Positions 74,620 to 84,611 of a DNA stretch of 248,000 nucleotides are shown piece by piece. The stretch's first letter is position 1; each line of letters opens with the position of its first letter. Made by a program: the position numbers and the translations under genes. The notes under the pieces are model-generated. The model worked only from the letters and a program-made list of their open reading frames with translations. It was not told the DNA's origin and ran no database searches. The DNA is from Hyalangium minutum (GTDB lineage: Bacteria > Myxococcota > Myxococcia > Myxococcales > Myxococcaceae), in assembly GCF_000737315.1 (NCBI RefSeq), contig NZ_JMCB01000002.1, positions 268,001-516,000 on the forward strand, written 5' to 3'.

Positions 74620-74972
74620 GCGAGCTGATGGAGTCGCGCTGGGCCTACCTCATCCACCTCGTGGCGTGGGCGCTGCCCGTCATCCTCGTGCAGCTGGCGG
74701 CCCTGGTGCACCACTATAAGGAGCGCTCGGGCGCGGTGCTCAAGGCCGTGCTGCCGCCTGCCTTCATCGTCGGCACCTACCTCTCGCTGGCGGACCACCT
74801 GGCCATCTCCGCCGGCATCTGGAACTTCGGCGAGGGCAAGCACCTGGGCGTCTACGTGGGCGCGGTGCCCCTGGAGGAGGTGCTCTTCTTCCTGATGACG
74901 AGCCTGCTCGTCTCGTTGGGAGTGGCCCTGTTCACGGCGGTGCTGCGGCGGAAGGAGGCGGAGGCGCCGTGA
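74616..74972 (+). CDS. Lycopene cyclase subunit (CrtYd-like)
   Basis: D.LAI..GIW, PLEEVLFF. Confidence 0.85.
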   Translation: MSELMESRWAYLIHLVAWALPVILVQLAALVHHYKERSGAVLKAVLPPAFIVGTYLSLADHLAISAGIWNFGEGKHLGVYVGAVPLEEVLFFLMTSLLVSLGVALFTAVLRRKEAEAP

Positions 74973-75646
74973 TTCAGGCGGCCAAAGGAGGCCCGCTGGG
75001 CTGGTTGTGGGATCGGTACGTGGGCTGGAAGTTCCGGTCCGCCTTCCGAGGCCTGTGGGTGCGGGGCACGCTGCCCACGGGGGACGGGGCCCGGCTCGTC
75101 TACGTGAACCACACCAACTGGTGGGACGGCTTCGTGCTGCACCAGCTCGGGCAGGTGGCGGGGTGGGACGCGTACTGCCTCATGGAGGAGAAGAACCTGC
75201 GCCGCTACCGCTTCCTGTCCCGCATCGGCGCCTTCAGCATCCGCCCGGGCGAGCCGGACTCCGCCCTGGAGTCCCTGCGCTACGCGCGCCAGCTGCTGCG
75301 CCAGCCCCGCGCCGCCGTGTGCCTCTTTCCCGAGGGCGAGCTGCGTCCCTTTGGCGTGGTGCCCATGCGGCTGCAGCGCGGCGTGGAGCTGCTGGCCCGC
75401 GCGGGCAAGGCGGAGTGTGTGCCGGTGGCCCTTCGCTACACCTTCTTCGAGCACGAGCGGCCGGATGTGCTCGTGGAGGTGGGCACGCCCCATGCGGCGG
75501 GCCCGCTGGAGCTGTTCCAGCAGCGCCTGGAGGCCGTGGTGGACCGGGTGGCGATGGCCTCCGACCTCGAGGGCTTCACCCAGCAGGTGCGCGGCGGCAC
75601 CGGCGTGGCCGAGCGCTGGGACGCGGTGAGGGGAGTGCGGGCATGA
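74969..75646 (+). CDS. Acyltransferase (carotenoid acylation)
   Basis: NHTNWWD, FPEG. Confidence 0.85.
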   Translation: MIQAAKGGPLGWLWDRYVGWKFRSAFRGLWVRGTLPTGDGARLVYVNHTNWWDGFVLHQLGQVAGWDAYCLMEEKNLRRYRFLSRIGAFSIRPGEPDSALESLRYARQLLRQPRAAVCLFPEGELRPFGVVPMRLQRGVELLARAGKAECVPVALRYTFFEHERPDVLVEVGTPHAAGPLELFQQRLEAVVDRVAMASDLEGFTQQVRGGTGVAERWDAVRGVRA

Positions 75647-76506
75647 CGCTGCGCATCCGCACCATCGCCCGGCTCACCGGCATCCGCGAGGCCACCCTGC
75701 GCGCCTGGGAGCGCCGCCACGGCTTCCCCCGCCCCAGCCGCAGCGAGCACAACAATTACCGCTCCTACTCGCGCGAGGAGGTGGAGAACATCCGCCGCGT
75801 GGCCAAGCTCATCGCTGACGGGCTCTCCGTGAGCGAGGCCATTGCCCAGGTGCAGGCCACCCCCGTGCAGGCGCTGCCTCGCGGCGAGCGCCTCTCCGAG
75901 CGCTTCTGGTCCGCGGTGATGATGATGGACGCGGAAGCCGTACGCCGCGTGCTGGACGAGGCGCAGGCCTCCATGGAGGTGGAAGTCTACTGCAACGGCT
76001 TCCTCATGCCGCTCTTGCGCGAGATGGGGATGCGGCTGGACGTCGCCCGCGAGCACATGGCTTCGGCGCTCATCCGCCAGCGGCTCATCGGCCTGCTCAA
76101 CGCGGAGGAGCCGCGGACCGGCGGGCCGCACGTGGTGCTGGCCTGCCCCGCGCAGGATCACCACGAGGGTGGGCTGCTCGCACTGGGACTGCAGCTCAAG
76201 CGCCGCGGCTGGCGGGTGACGATGCTGGGCGCGGACACTCCGGCCGAGGCACTTCACAGCGCGTGCGCGCAATTGTCACCAGAGATGGTGGCGCTCTCCT
76301 TCGTCCGCCGCAGGGAGCCCGAGGAGCTGGCCACGGTGCTGGGCGAGGCGGTGCGCGCCTGCGCCCCGGCGCGTGTGGTGGTGGGCGGACCGGGCGCTCG
76401 TGAGCATTTGAAGACCATTTTTTCGTTGGGCGCGCAGTATGCTGAGTCCGCCGATGAGCTGCTGGCCTTGTGGCAACAGGCTCGCGGTGTACAGACTCGG
76501 ACCTGA
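75643..76506 (+). CDS. carA: MerR-family carotenogenesis repressor
   Basis: TLRAWERR HTH plus B12-binding-like domain (DHHEGG). Confidence 0.8.
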   Translation: MTLRIRTIARLTGIREATLRAWERRHGFPRPSRSEHNNYRSYSREEVENIRRVAKLIADGLSVSEAIAQVQATPVQALPRGERLSERFWSAVMMMDAEAVRRVLDEAQASMEVEVYCNGFLMPLLREMGMRLDVAREHMASALIRQRLIGLLNAEEPRTGGPHVVLACPAQDHHEGGLLALGLQLKRRGWRVTMLGADTPAEALHSACAQLSPEMVALSFVRRREPEELATVLGEAVRACAPARVVVGGPGAREHLKTIFSLGAQYAESADELLALWQQARGVQTRT

Positions 76507-76515
76507 GCCCCATGA

Positions 76516-77409
76516 ATGCCTGAGCGTACCTACCGCATTCACATCGCCTCCGCGCTCTCCGGCGTCCGCGTGGAGCTGATCCGCGCCTGGGAGCGCCGCT
76601 ACGGCTTTCCGCGCCCTCAGCGCACCTCCTCGGGCTACCGCGTCTACACCCAGCAGGACGTGGCGTTGCTCAAGCAGCTCAAGCAGCTCACCGAGGAGGG
76701 GGTGGCCATCCGCGAGGCGATGAAGATGCTGCCTCAGCTCCAGCGGAAGGTCGCCGAGATGGGCGAGGCGCCCCTGAGCGAGGTGAGCGTCACGAGTCTG
76801 GAGAGCTGGCGCTCGGCGCTGATCGCCGCGGCCGAGGCGCATGATCAGGTGCGGGTGGGCGCCGTGCTGGACGAGGTGCTGAGCGCGCTGCCCCCGCTCA
76901 AGGCCTTCGACGAGGTGCTCGCGCCAGTGCAGCGCGAGGTGGGCGACCGCTGGCACGCGGGCCGGATGACGGTGGTGCAGGAGCACCTCGTCTCCGAGGT
77001 GGTGCGCGCCCGGCTGGTGGGCCTGCTGCACGCCGCGCCCGAGAACGAGGCGGCCCAGCACGCTGTGCTCGCGTGCTTCCCGGAGGAGCTGCACGAGCTG
77101 GGCTTGCTGGGCTTGGCGCTGCGGCTGCGGCATGCGGGCCGGCGGGTGACGCTGCTGGGACAGCGCGTGCCGCCAGCGGACCTCGGGAAGCTGGTGGCCA
77201 AGCTCCGGCCGGACCTCGTGGGGCTGTCCGCGGTGACGAACTCGGGCTCGGACTCCTTCGAGGCCGCGCTGAAGCAGCTGCTCGAGGCGCTCCCGCGCGG
77301 AGTCCTCATCTGGGTGGGCGGTGCCTCGGCGATGGCCCATGCGGACATCTGCGAGCGGCTGGGAGCCCGCGTCTTTCGCACCGGCGACGACTGGGCCGCG
77401 CTGCTATAA
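76516..77409 (+). CDS. carH: AdoCbl-dependent photoreceptor repressor
   Basis: IRAWERRYG HTH; W-x9-EH motif; ELHELG. Confidence 0.85.
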   Translation: MPERTYRIHIASALSGVRVELIRAWERRYGFPRPQRTSSGYRVYTQQDVALLKQLKQLTEEGVAIREAMKMLPQLQRKVAEMGEAPLSEVSVTSLESWRSALIAAAEAHDQVRVGAVLDEVLSALPPLKAFDEVLAPVQREVGDRWHAGRMTVVQEHLVSEVVRARLVGLLHAAPENEAAQHAVLACFPEELHELGLLGLALRLRHAGRRVTLLGQRVPPADLGKLVAKLRPDLVGLSAVTNSGSDSFEAALKQLLEALPRGVLIWVGGASAMAHADICERLGARVFRTGDDWAALL

Positions 77410-77422
77410 TCCCCCTGCTTCC

Positions 77423-78136
77423 ATGACCGACTTCATCGAAGTCCACGACGGCGCGCTGGAGCCTCAGCTCTGCCGCGACATCATCCAGCGCTTCAACCAG
77501 AGCCCTCACGTGCACCGGGGACGCACGGGGCATGGCGTGGACGTGTCCAAGAAGGACAGCTATGACTTGACCCTCAACGTCGTCCCCGAGTGGGAGCCCA
77601 CGCTGCGGCTCCTGCTGGACAAGTCCTTCCCGCCGCTGCGCAGCTACCTGCGCAAGTACCTCTACACGCTCATTGGCGCCCTCTCTCCCTCCATCAAGGA
77701 TCCGAAGACAGGCCAGCTGGTGACGCTCAACGAGCAGAACTTCGCGCAGCTGGGCGACCCGCGCCTCGACGCGCTCGTGGGTAACTTCTACCGCTACGGT
77801 GTCCTCAACGTGCAGAAGTACGTGAAGGGCTCCGGCGGCTACCCGCATTGGCACTCGGAGATCTACCCGAAGGATGCCGACTGCGAGCAGCTGCACCGCG
77901 TGCTGGCGTTCCAGTTCTACTTGAACGACATCTCCGAGGGCGGTGAGACGGAGTTCTACTACCAGCAGCGCAAGGTGGAGTCGAAGGAGGGCCGCATGGT
78001 CATCTTCCCCGCCGGCTTCACGCACACCCACCGCGGCAACGTCCCGCGCTCCGATGACAAGTACATCATCACCTCGTGGGTGCTCTTCCACCGCGCGGAC
78101 CACATCTACCGGAACACCCCGCCGCCTCCGCGCTGA
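77423..78136 (+). CDS. 2OG-Fe(II) oxygenase
   Basis: WHSE, YLND..EGGET.F, HTHRG. Confidence 0.85.
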   Translation: MTDFIEVHDGALEPQLCRDIIQRFNQSPHVHRGRTGHGVDVSKKDSYDLTLNVVPEWEPTLRLLLDKSFPPLRSYLRKYLYTLIGALSPSIKDPKTGQLVTLNEQNFAQLGDPRLDALVGNFYRYGVLNVQKYVKGSGGYPHWHSEIYPKDADCEQLHRVLAFQFYLNDISEGGETEFYYQQRKVESKEGRMVIFPAGFTHTHRGNVPRSDDKYIITSWVLFHRADHIYRNTPPPPR

Positions 78137-78211
78137 GCTCCGACTGATCCAAAGATCAGTCATTGGATGAACATGTGAAATTATACTGGGGATGTATTAA
78201 ATACGGGGCGC

Positions 78212-79168
78212 ATGGGAAGAGGATGGAGCAGCGGGCTCATGCTCCTGCTGGTGGGGTGGGCCGGCTGCACCCCCGCTCCGCAGACGCCACTGGTGATGGG
78301 AACCGTCCCTTGGGTGGGCACGGAGCCGTTCTTCCTGGCGCGAGAGCTGGGGCTGTACCCGGGCCCCGTTCATCTTGTGGAGTACCTCAGCAGCGAGCAG
78401 CAGCTCCGCGCCTTCCAGAATGGCGTCGTCGACGCGGCGAACGTGACGCTGGATGAGGTGCTCAACCTGGATCGGCTGGGGCAGCGGGTGCAGGTGGTGC
78501 TGGTGCTGGACGCCTCGAATGGCGCGGACTGTGTGATGGCGCGGCCCGAGGTGTCCTCTCTGGCGGATCTCCGAGGCCGGAAGGTGGCCTCCGAGGCTGT
78601 GACGCTTCCCACGTACATGCTCGCGCGAGCGCTGGAGCAGGTGGGCCTCCAGCTCCAGGACATTCGGCGAGAGCCCTGGCCCCTGGCGGAGCTCACCGCG
78701 GCGCTGCGCAAGGACGAGGTGGATGCGGTGGTGGCGTTCGAGCCCTACTGCCATCAACTGGAGGCCGAGGGTGCCCGGAAGCTCTTCGACAGCTCGCAGA
78801 TCCCCGGGGAAATCATTGATGTGCTGGCGGTCCGCAAGAGCTCCTTGGAGGACCACCCGGAACAGGTGGATGCGCTGATTCGAGGCTGGCTCTCCGCGCT
78901 CCAGGTTCTCCAGGAGCGCCCCGCGGAGGCGGCGCGGCGGATGGGGCCTCGCGTGGATCTGGATGAGCGCGCGTTCCTGGAGGCGCTCGAGGGGGTACAT
79001 CACCCGAGCCTCGAGGAGCAGCGGCTCCAGCTCATGAGCGAGCGGCCCCTCTTGCAGGACACCATCGAGCGCATGGGCGCCATCATGGTCCAGGAGCAGG
79101 TGCTCCCCGCGCTGCCGGACTCGCGCCTCCTCATCGACACCGCGCCGCTGCGCCGGGTGGCGCCATGA
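78212..79168 (+). CDS. ABC-type substrate-binding lipoprotein (NMT1/SsuA-like)
   Basis: Lipobox WAGC; S.GAD, VDAVV.FEPY. Confidence 0.8.
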   Translation: MGRGWSSGLMLLLVGWAGCTPAPQTPLVMGTVPWVGTEPFFLARELGLYPGPVHLVEYLSSEQQLRAFQNGVVDAANVTLDEVLNLDRLGQRVQVVLVLDASNGADCVMARPEVSSLADLRGRKVASEAVTLPTYMLARALEQVGLQLQDIRREPWPLAELTAALRKDEVDAVVAFEPYCHQLEAEGARKLFDSSQIPGEIIDVLAVRKSSLEDHPEQVDALIRGWLSALQVLQERPAEAARRMGPRVDLDERAFLEALEGVHHPSLEEQRLQLMSERPLLQDTIERMGAIMVQEQVLPALPDSRLLIDTAPLRRVAP

Positions 79169-80964
79169 GTTTGCCGGCTCCGCGGTGGCTCCGGGAGCTC
79201 ATCCTCCCGATGCTGCTGCTGCTCGTGTACACCGCCTGCTTCGGCCTCTACTCCCTGCACCACGAGACGGTCGAGGCGGTGGCGCACGCCCGGAGGGAAA
79301 CCCTCCGCAAGGTGGCCGAGGAGATGACGCAGCTCCAGTCCAGCTTGGACTACCTGCTGCACGCGGGGAACCTGGCGGCGGTGCGCGAGTCCGTGTCGAG
79401 CCAGGGCCACAATGTGCAGCTCCAGATGGGACTGCTCGTGGATGATCAGCAGCAGGTGCTGGCCTCCACCCGGCTGGTGCTGGTGGGCCGTCCGGCGCGC
79501 GAGGCCTGGCCGGAGCTGGAGCTGCCGGAGAACGTCCGCCGGAGGCAGGAAGCCCTGGAGCACCTCACCGGCGTGGTCGAGATCAGCGCCGACGGGCGGT
79601 ACATCATCGGCTACTACCCCGTGTCCCTGAGCTTCGGCCAGCCGAGGCGCATGGGCTATCTCTTCTTCCAGCATGACTTGACGCAGCTGGAGAGCGCCAG
79701 TCGCTACTACGCGGAGCGCTCCGTGCTGCGCTCCACGCTGCTGCTGCTGGTGATTGCTGGGGCCACGGGGCTGGGGGTTCAGCTCCTGCTGGGGCGGCGC
79801 ATTCAGCGGCTGGTGGCGGCCACGCAAGGCATGGCGGAGCAGATCGGCCGCAGCCACCAGAAGCTCCAGGAGAATGAGCATCGCTTCCAGACGCTGGTGG
79901 AGCGCACCCCGGACGCCGTCTTCGTCCACCGCGAGGGGCGCATCGTCTTCCTCAACCCCGCGGCGGGCGCGCTGGTGGGGCACGAGCGGGTGGAGGCGCT
80001 CGTGGGCCGGAACCTGGCGGAGCTCGTACAGCCCGGCGACGAGGAGGTGCTCACCGGCCCGGTGGAGGCGCAGGGGGTGCGCGAGGTGCTCTGGCTCCAC
80101 GCCTCGGGACAGCAGGTGCTGGGCGAGGCCGTCACCTTTCCCCTGGTGTTCGAGGGCCAGCCCGCCCGCGTCTCCATCGTGCGGGACGTCACCGAGCGCA
80201 AGCACCTGCGGGAGAAGCTGCAGACGGCCGACCGCATGGCCGCCATCGGCTCGCTGGCGGCGGGCGTGGCGCATGAAATCAACAACCCGCTGTCCTTCAC
80301 CCTGAGCAACGTGCGCTTCATCCGCGATGAGCTGAAGTCGCTCCTGGAGGAGGGCAGGGTGCAGGAGCAGGAGCGGCTGAAGGAGGTGCTCGACGCATCG
80401 GAGGAGGCGCTCACGGGCGCGGACAGGGTCAGCGAGATTGTCACGGACTTGCGGAGGTTCACGCGAGGCGATGATGGCAAGAAGGCGCCGGTCAACCTCC
80501 ACGCGGTGCTGGACTTGTGCGGCAGCATTGCCCGGAGCCAGCTCCGCCACCGCGCGCAGCTGGTGAAGGTGTACGGAGAGCTGCCGCCGGTGCAGGGCAG
80601 CGAGTCCCGGCTCGGGCAGCTCTTCCTCAACCTCATCATCAACGCCGCGCAGGCCATCCCCGAGGGCGGGGACGCCAAGGTCCACGAGGTGCGGCTCACC
80701 ACGTGGCGCGAGGGCGCGGACCAGGTGGTGGTGGAGGTGAGGGACACGGGCGTGGGGATTCCGCCCGAGCACCTGCGCCGGCTGTTCGATCCCTTCTTCA
80801 CCACGAAGCCCGCGGGCGTGGGCACGGGGTTGGGCCTGTCCATCTGCCATGGCATCGTGAAGGGGATGGGCGGCCGCATCACCGTGGAGAGCGAGCCGGG
80901 GCGGGGAACCGCGTTCCGGGTGTTCCTCCCCATTGGGGAGCCCGAGGCGGCGCCGGGCCCATAG
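79165..80964 (+). CDS. PAS sensor histidine kinase
   Basis: TM, PAS, HEINNPL, FFTTK. Confidence 0.9.
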   Translation: MSLPAPRWLRELILPMLLLLVYTACFGLYSLHHETVEAVAHARRETLRKVAEEMTQLQSSLDYLLHAGNLAAVRESVSSQGHNVQLQMGLLVDDQQQVLASTRLVLVGRPAREAWPELELPENVRRRQEALEHLTGVVEISADGRYIIGYYPVSLSFGQPRRMGYLFFQHDLTQLESASRYYAERSVLRSTLLLLVIAGATGLGVQLLLGRRIQRLVAATQGMAEQIGRSHQKLQENEHRFQTLVERTPDAVFVHREGRIVFLNPAAGALVGHERVEALVGRNLAELVQPGDEEVLTGPVEAQGVREVLWLHASGQQVLGEAVTFPLVFEGQPARVSIVRDVTERKHLREKLQTADRMAAIGSLAAGVAHEINNPLSFTLSNVRFIRDELKSLLEEGRVQEQERLKEVLDASEEALTGADRVSEIVTDLRRFTRGDDGKKAPVNLHAVLDLCGSIARSQLRHRAQLVKVYGELPPVQGSESRLGQLFLNLIINAAQAIPEGGDAKVHEVRLTTWREGADQVVVEVRDTGVGIPPEHLRRLFDPFFTTKPAGVGTGLGLSICHGIVKGMGGRITVESEPGRGTAFRVFLPIGEPEAAPGP

Positions 80965-80979
80965 CGGAGGAGCACGCGC

Positions 80980-81723
80980 GTGGCTGGAGTGGACACGATG
81001 GATCGCATCACCCCCACGCTGCGGCCGGACGAGCGGCCTGTCATGTATCAGCGCTGGCGGACGCTGCTGTTCCTTCACTGGGAGGTGCCGGCCGAGGAGC
81101 TGGCGCGGCTGCTGCCGCCAGGGCTGACGCTGGATACCTTCGAGGGCCGGGCCTTCGTGGGGCTGGTGCCCTTCACCATGCAGGGCGTGCGGCCCGCGCT
81201 GCTGCCGCCGTTCCCCCCGCTGTCCAACTTCCACGAGACGAACGTGCGCACGTACGTGCACCGCGAGGGGAAGGACCCGGGCGTGTGGTTCTTCAGCCTG
81301 GATGCGGCCAACCGCATCGCCGTGAAGCTGGCGCGGACGTGGTTCCGGTTGCCCTACCACTTCGACACGATGGAGCTGAAGCGCGAGGGCTCATGGATTT
81401 CCTACCGCTCCGAGCGCCATTGGCCCGAGCCCGTGCCGGGCCGCTGCGCGGTGCGGTGCTCACCGGGCTCGGAGGTGAGCACTTCAACGCCGGGCACGCT
81501 GCAGCACTTCCTGGTGGAGCGCTACTTCCTCTACACGGTGCACAGCGGAGGGCTGTGGCGAGGCCAGGTGCACCATGCGCCGTACCCGGTGCGCGGCGCG
81601 CAGGTGGAGGGGCTGGATGAATCGCTCCTGGCGGCCGCCGGGATTGCACGGCCGCCAGGAGCCCCCCTGGCTCATTTCTCGGATGGCGTGGACGTGGACG
81701 TGTTCCGCCTCAAGCGCGCCTGA
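80980..81723 (+). CDS. YqjF/DUF2071 family protein
   Basis: MYQRW..LLFLHW, ETNVRTYV, FFSLDA. Confidence 0.88.
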   Translation: MAGVDTMDRITPTLRPDERPVMYQRWRTLLFLHWEVPAEELARLLPPGLTLDTFEGRAFVGLVPFTMQGVRPALLPPFPPLSNFHETNVRTYVHREGKDPGVWFFSLDAANRIAVKLARTWFRLPYHFDTMELKREGSWISYRSERHWPEPVPGRCAVRCSPGSEVSTSTPGTLQHFLVERYFLYTVHSGGLWRGQVHHAPYPVRGAQVEGLDESLLAAAGIARPPGAPLAHFSDGVDVDVFRLKRA

Positions 81724-81729
81724 GCCCGC

Positions 81730-82731
81730 TCACGGAGCGCACGCGCCGCAGTCCGCCGCGCAGCTGTCGTACTGGCTGCCGTTGCCGCACTTCTCGGTGA
81801 ACTGGCACGTGCCATCACCGCAGCGGTAGATGTCCACGGGGCGGACGCGCGTGGTCAGCGGCTTGTACGTCACCCCGTTGTACGTGCAGGACACGTAGTA
81901 CGTCTTCGTCGCGTCCAGCGTGCAGTACTCCTGGCACGAGCCCACATGCGCCATGGGCGCGCAGTCCGCGCTCTGCCCCGACCAGGTGAGCCCACAGGCG
82001 CGCGAGGTGCTCTCGGACGTCTTCAGGAACGGCCGGTCGATGGCGGCGAAGATGCCCTCGCTGGTGAAGGTGTTGCCGAAGAAGCAGGCCTCGGTCTCCG
82101 AGAAGAGGGCCAGCTCCGAGCTGGTGTACGGAATCTCCGCGTTCGTCGCGCCGCGCCCCAGCACGGACACGTTGACGTTGAGGCCGAACTTGTTGGTGTG
82201 GGCCGCCAGGCACGCGGTGATGATCTGCTGCTCGGCCACCGTGGGCTGCAGGCCCGAGGCCCAGCCCGGCGTCAGCCCGAGCAGGCCGTACCACGTGTAC
82301 GTCTGCCCCGTCACCAGGCTCGTATAGGTGCGGCTCTGGCCCTGGGGCACCGCGCACATGACGATGTACTTCATCACCGTGGCGCGCAGCGTCCGGTCCA
82401 TCTCGAACCAGTCCTTGAACGTGCCCGTCATCAAGCCGTTGGTGGACAGGCCGTTGGTGGACAGGCCGTTGGTGGACAGGCCGTTGGTGGACAGGCCGTT
82501 GGTGGACAGGCCGTTGGTGGACAGGCCCATCAGTGCCATCTCCTCCGCGGTGGCCATCGCCGACTCCTGCGTGGCCAGCGACTCCTGCTGCTCGAAGCTC
82601 TCGCCCTCCTCCACACCGCATCCGGTGGCGCTTCCCAGACAGAGCACCACAGCGAAGAACGACGCCACGACAGGATTGCTGTGCTGCTGTACCGCCAAGC
82701 CACGACGAACGGAGAAGGACGTCTGATTCAT
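81730..82731 (-). CDS. Lipoprotein with GLSTN pentapeptide repeats and Cys-rich C-terminus
   Basis: Lipobox ATGC; (GLSTN)x6; C-terminal CGDG.C. Confidence 0.75.
   Translation of the reverse strand: MNQTSFSVRRGLAVQQHSNPVVASFFAVVLCLGSATGCGVEEGESFEQQESLATQESAMATAEEMALMGLSTNGLSTNGLSTNGLSTNGLSTNGLSTNGLMTGTFKDWFEMDRTLRATVMKYIVMCAVPQGQSRTYTSLVTGQTYTWYGLLGLTPGWASGLQPTVAEQQIITACLAAHTNKFGLNVNVSVLGRGATNAEIPYTSSELALFSETEACFFGNTFTSEGIFAAIDRPFLKTSESTSRACGLTWSGQSADCAPMAHVGSCQEYCTLDATKTYYVSCTYNGVTYKPLTTRVRPVDIYRCGDGTCQFTEKCGNGSQYDSCAADCGACAP
82435..82524. repeat. Six perfect 15-bp tandem repeats (coding)
   Basis: gccgttggtggacag x6. Confidence 0.95.
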
Positions 82732-82978
82732 GGCACCACCCCCGCGGAAGAGCGGCTGTGGAATCACAGCCGCGTGAGCCCCGCTGCTTTAGCGGCTTCG
82801 AATAATACCGCTGACACAAGCAGTAGCGCTAAGGGCACACGCACGCACTTCAATCTCAATCAAAAGAGCCGCTCGTGTTTCACTTCGGAGGGAACACCTG
82901 CGGGGTAGGGTGTCTCAATGCGAGTGATTGGGCGAGGAACTCTGAGTGGCCATGAGACAAATACACTCACAGAGTGTT

Positions 82979-84478
82979 TCAAGTTGAGACAGGCGGGCCC
83001 AGCAGCTGTACGGCCTTCGGAGTGAGGTGGAGCCCTTCCGGCACCCGCTCCACCCACGCCGCCAAGTCCGTCACGGGGCCTCCGAGCACCTCGAGCACCG
83101 TGTCCTCGCCGCGCACTTCCACCGGGCCAACGTGGACGCAGAGGTGCACGTGCGCGCCGACCTCGGAGGCGAGCAGCTCCGTCTCGCGGCGCAGGTGGCG
83201 CAGCGCCTCGTGCAGCCGCAGCGCCTGCTCGGGCGGGAGCGGGCCGGTGTCCTCTAGCAGGCGGATGCCCAGCAGCGCGGTGCCCGCCTGCAGCGCCAGC
83301 ATGAAGCCGGTGGCGCGCAGCTGCTGCTCGAGGATGTCGAGCACCTCGGCGAGCGCGGCGTGCACCGCCTCGTCATCGTGCCCCGTGTCGGCCAGCTCCA
83401 CCTCCGCGTGCACCGCCAGCGCCTGCCGCAGCTGGCCGGCGGCCACCGGCGTGCCCGGTGCGGACACCGCCTCGCGCAGCGCGGTGAGGAAGGCCTCGGT
83501 GTTCGGGAAGCGCTGCTGCGCTTCCTTCTCCAGGCAGCGCAGCACCACCGCGTCCACCGCGGGAGGCACGGGGGAAATGGCGCTCGCGCGCGGCGGCGGC
83601 GCCTCCAGGTGCAGCCGCTCCAGCTCCATCCGGTCCTTGGACTGGAATGGGTACTGCGCCGTCACCAACTGGAACAGCAGCACGCCCAGCGCGTAGATGT
83701 CCGTGGCGGGGGAGATGTCGCTGCCGCGCAGCTGCTCGGGCGCCATGGCAAAGGCGGTGCCCAGCCGCTGGCCGGCTACCGTCAGCCCCTGCTGGCCTCC
83801 CTGCGGCTGCATCACCTTGGCGATGCCGAAGTCCAACAGCTTGACTCTCGGATGCTCCCCATCCTCCACCACCATCACGTTGCTGGCCTTCAAGTCCCGG
83901 TGGACGATGCCCGCCTTGTGCGCCGCCTCCAGCGCCGCGCAGACAGGCTCCAGGTAGGCGAGCGCCCGCTCGGCCGACATCCTCCCTCGCTCGTGGATGA
84001 GCTGGCTGAGCGTGCGCCCCTCCAACAGCTCCATCACGAAGTAGGGGCTGCCATCCGGCATCATCCCGAAGTCGTACACATCCACCACATTCGGGTGGTG
84101 GATCTGGTTGACGATGCGTGCCTCGCGCACGAAGCGCTGCAACATCTCTCCCTGATCCGCCAGATGGGCGTGCAGCACCTTCACCGCCGCACGCCGCCCG
84201 AGGATGCGGTGCTCGGCCTCGTAGACGCTGCCGTGGCCGCCTGACGCGATGAGCCGCTTGAAGATGTACTCGCCCGCGAGCGCGTACTGTGGGCCCTCGG
84301 CCTTGGGTGGAGGGGAGGCGGTGTCCCAGGGGACCTGCGCCTTTCCGCCCTGGATTCGGTAAGTGTCCTCGGAGTCCCCCATGGGCGACACGCTAACTAC
84401 CTGTGTCGTTGCATGCGAGAATTTGGCCGGGGCGGAGAGCGGCTCTCCCAGGGGATCCGGAAGTCCAGGATCCGTCAT
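82979..84478 (-). CDS. Ser/Thr kinase, PktA5-like by position
   Basis: HRDLKASN, DFG; divergent from espA. Confidence 0.85.
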   Translation of the reverse strand: MTDPGLPDPLGEPLSAPAKFSHATTQVVSVSPMGDSEDTYRIQGGKAQVPWDTASPPPKAEGPQYALAGEYIFKRLIASGGHGSVYEAEHRILGRRAAVKVLHAHLADQGEMLQRFVREARIVNQIHHPNVVDVYDFGMMPDGSPYFVMELLEGRTLSQLIHERGRMSAERALAYLEPVCAALEAAHKAGIVHRDLKASNVMVVEDGEHPRVKLLDFGIAKVMQPQGGQQGLTVAGQRLGTAFAMAPEQLRGSDISPATDIYALGVLLFQLVTAQYPFQSKDRMELERLHLEAPPPRASAISPVPPAVDAVVLRCLEKEAQQRFPNTEAFLTALREAVSAPGTPVAAGQLRQALAVHAEVELADTGHDDEAVHAALAEVLDILEQQLRATGFMLALQAGTALLGIRLLEDTGPLPPEQALRLHEALRHLRRETELLASEVGAHVHLCVHVGPVEVRGEDTVLEVLGGPVTDLAAWVERVPEGLHLTPKAVQLLGPPVST

Positions 84479-84611
84479 CCGAAAGCCCCTCTGGCGGAGG
84501 CCCTGTCTGTTGGTGAATGCTTCCAGGTGCAACAGACGCGCTAGGTTGGACGCCCGGCGGCGAGGCTGCTGGGATTCCCCGGGGAGAGTCTCCCCGGGGG
84601 GGTAACTGCCC

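Noticed and set aside
82435-82524. CRISPR or non-coding satellite
   Set aside because: No spacers; in-frame pentapeptide repeats inside a CDS.
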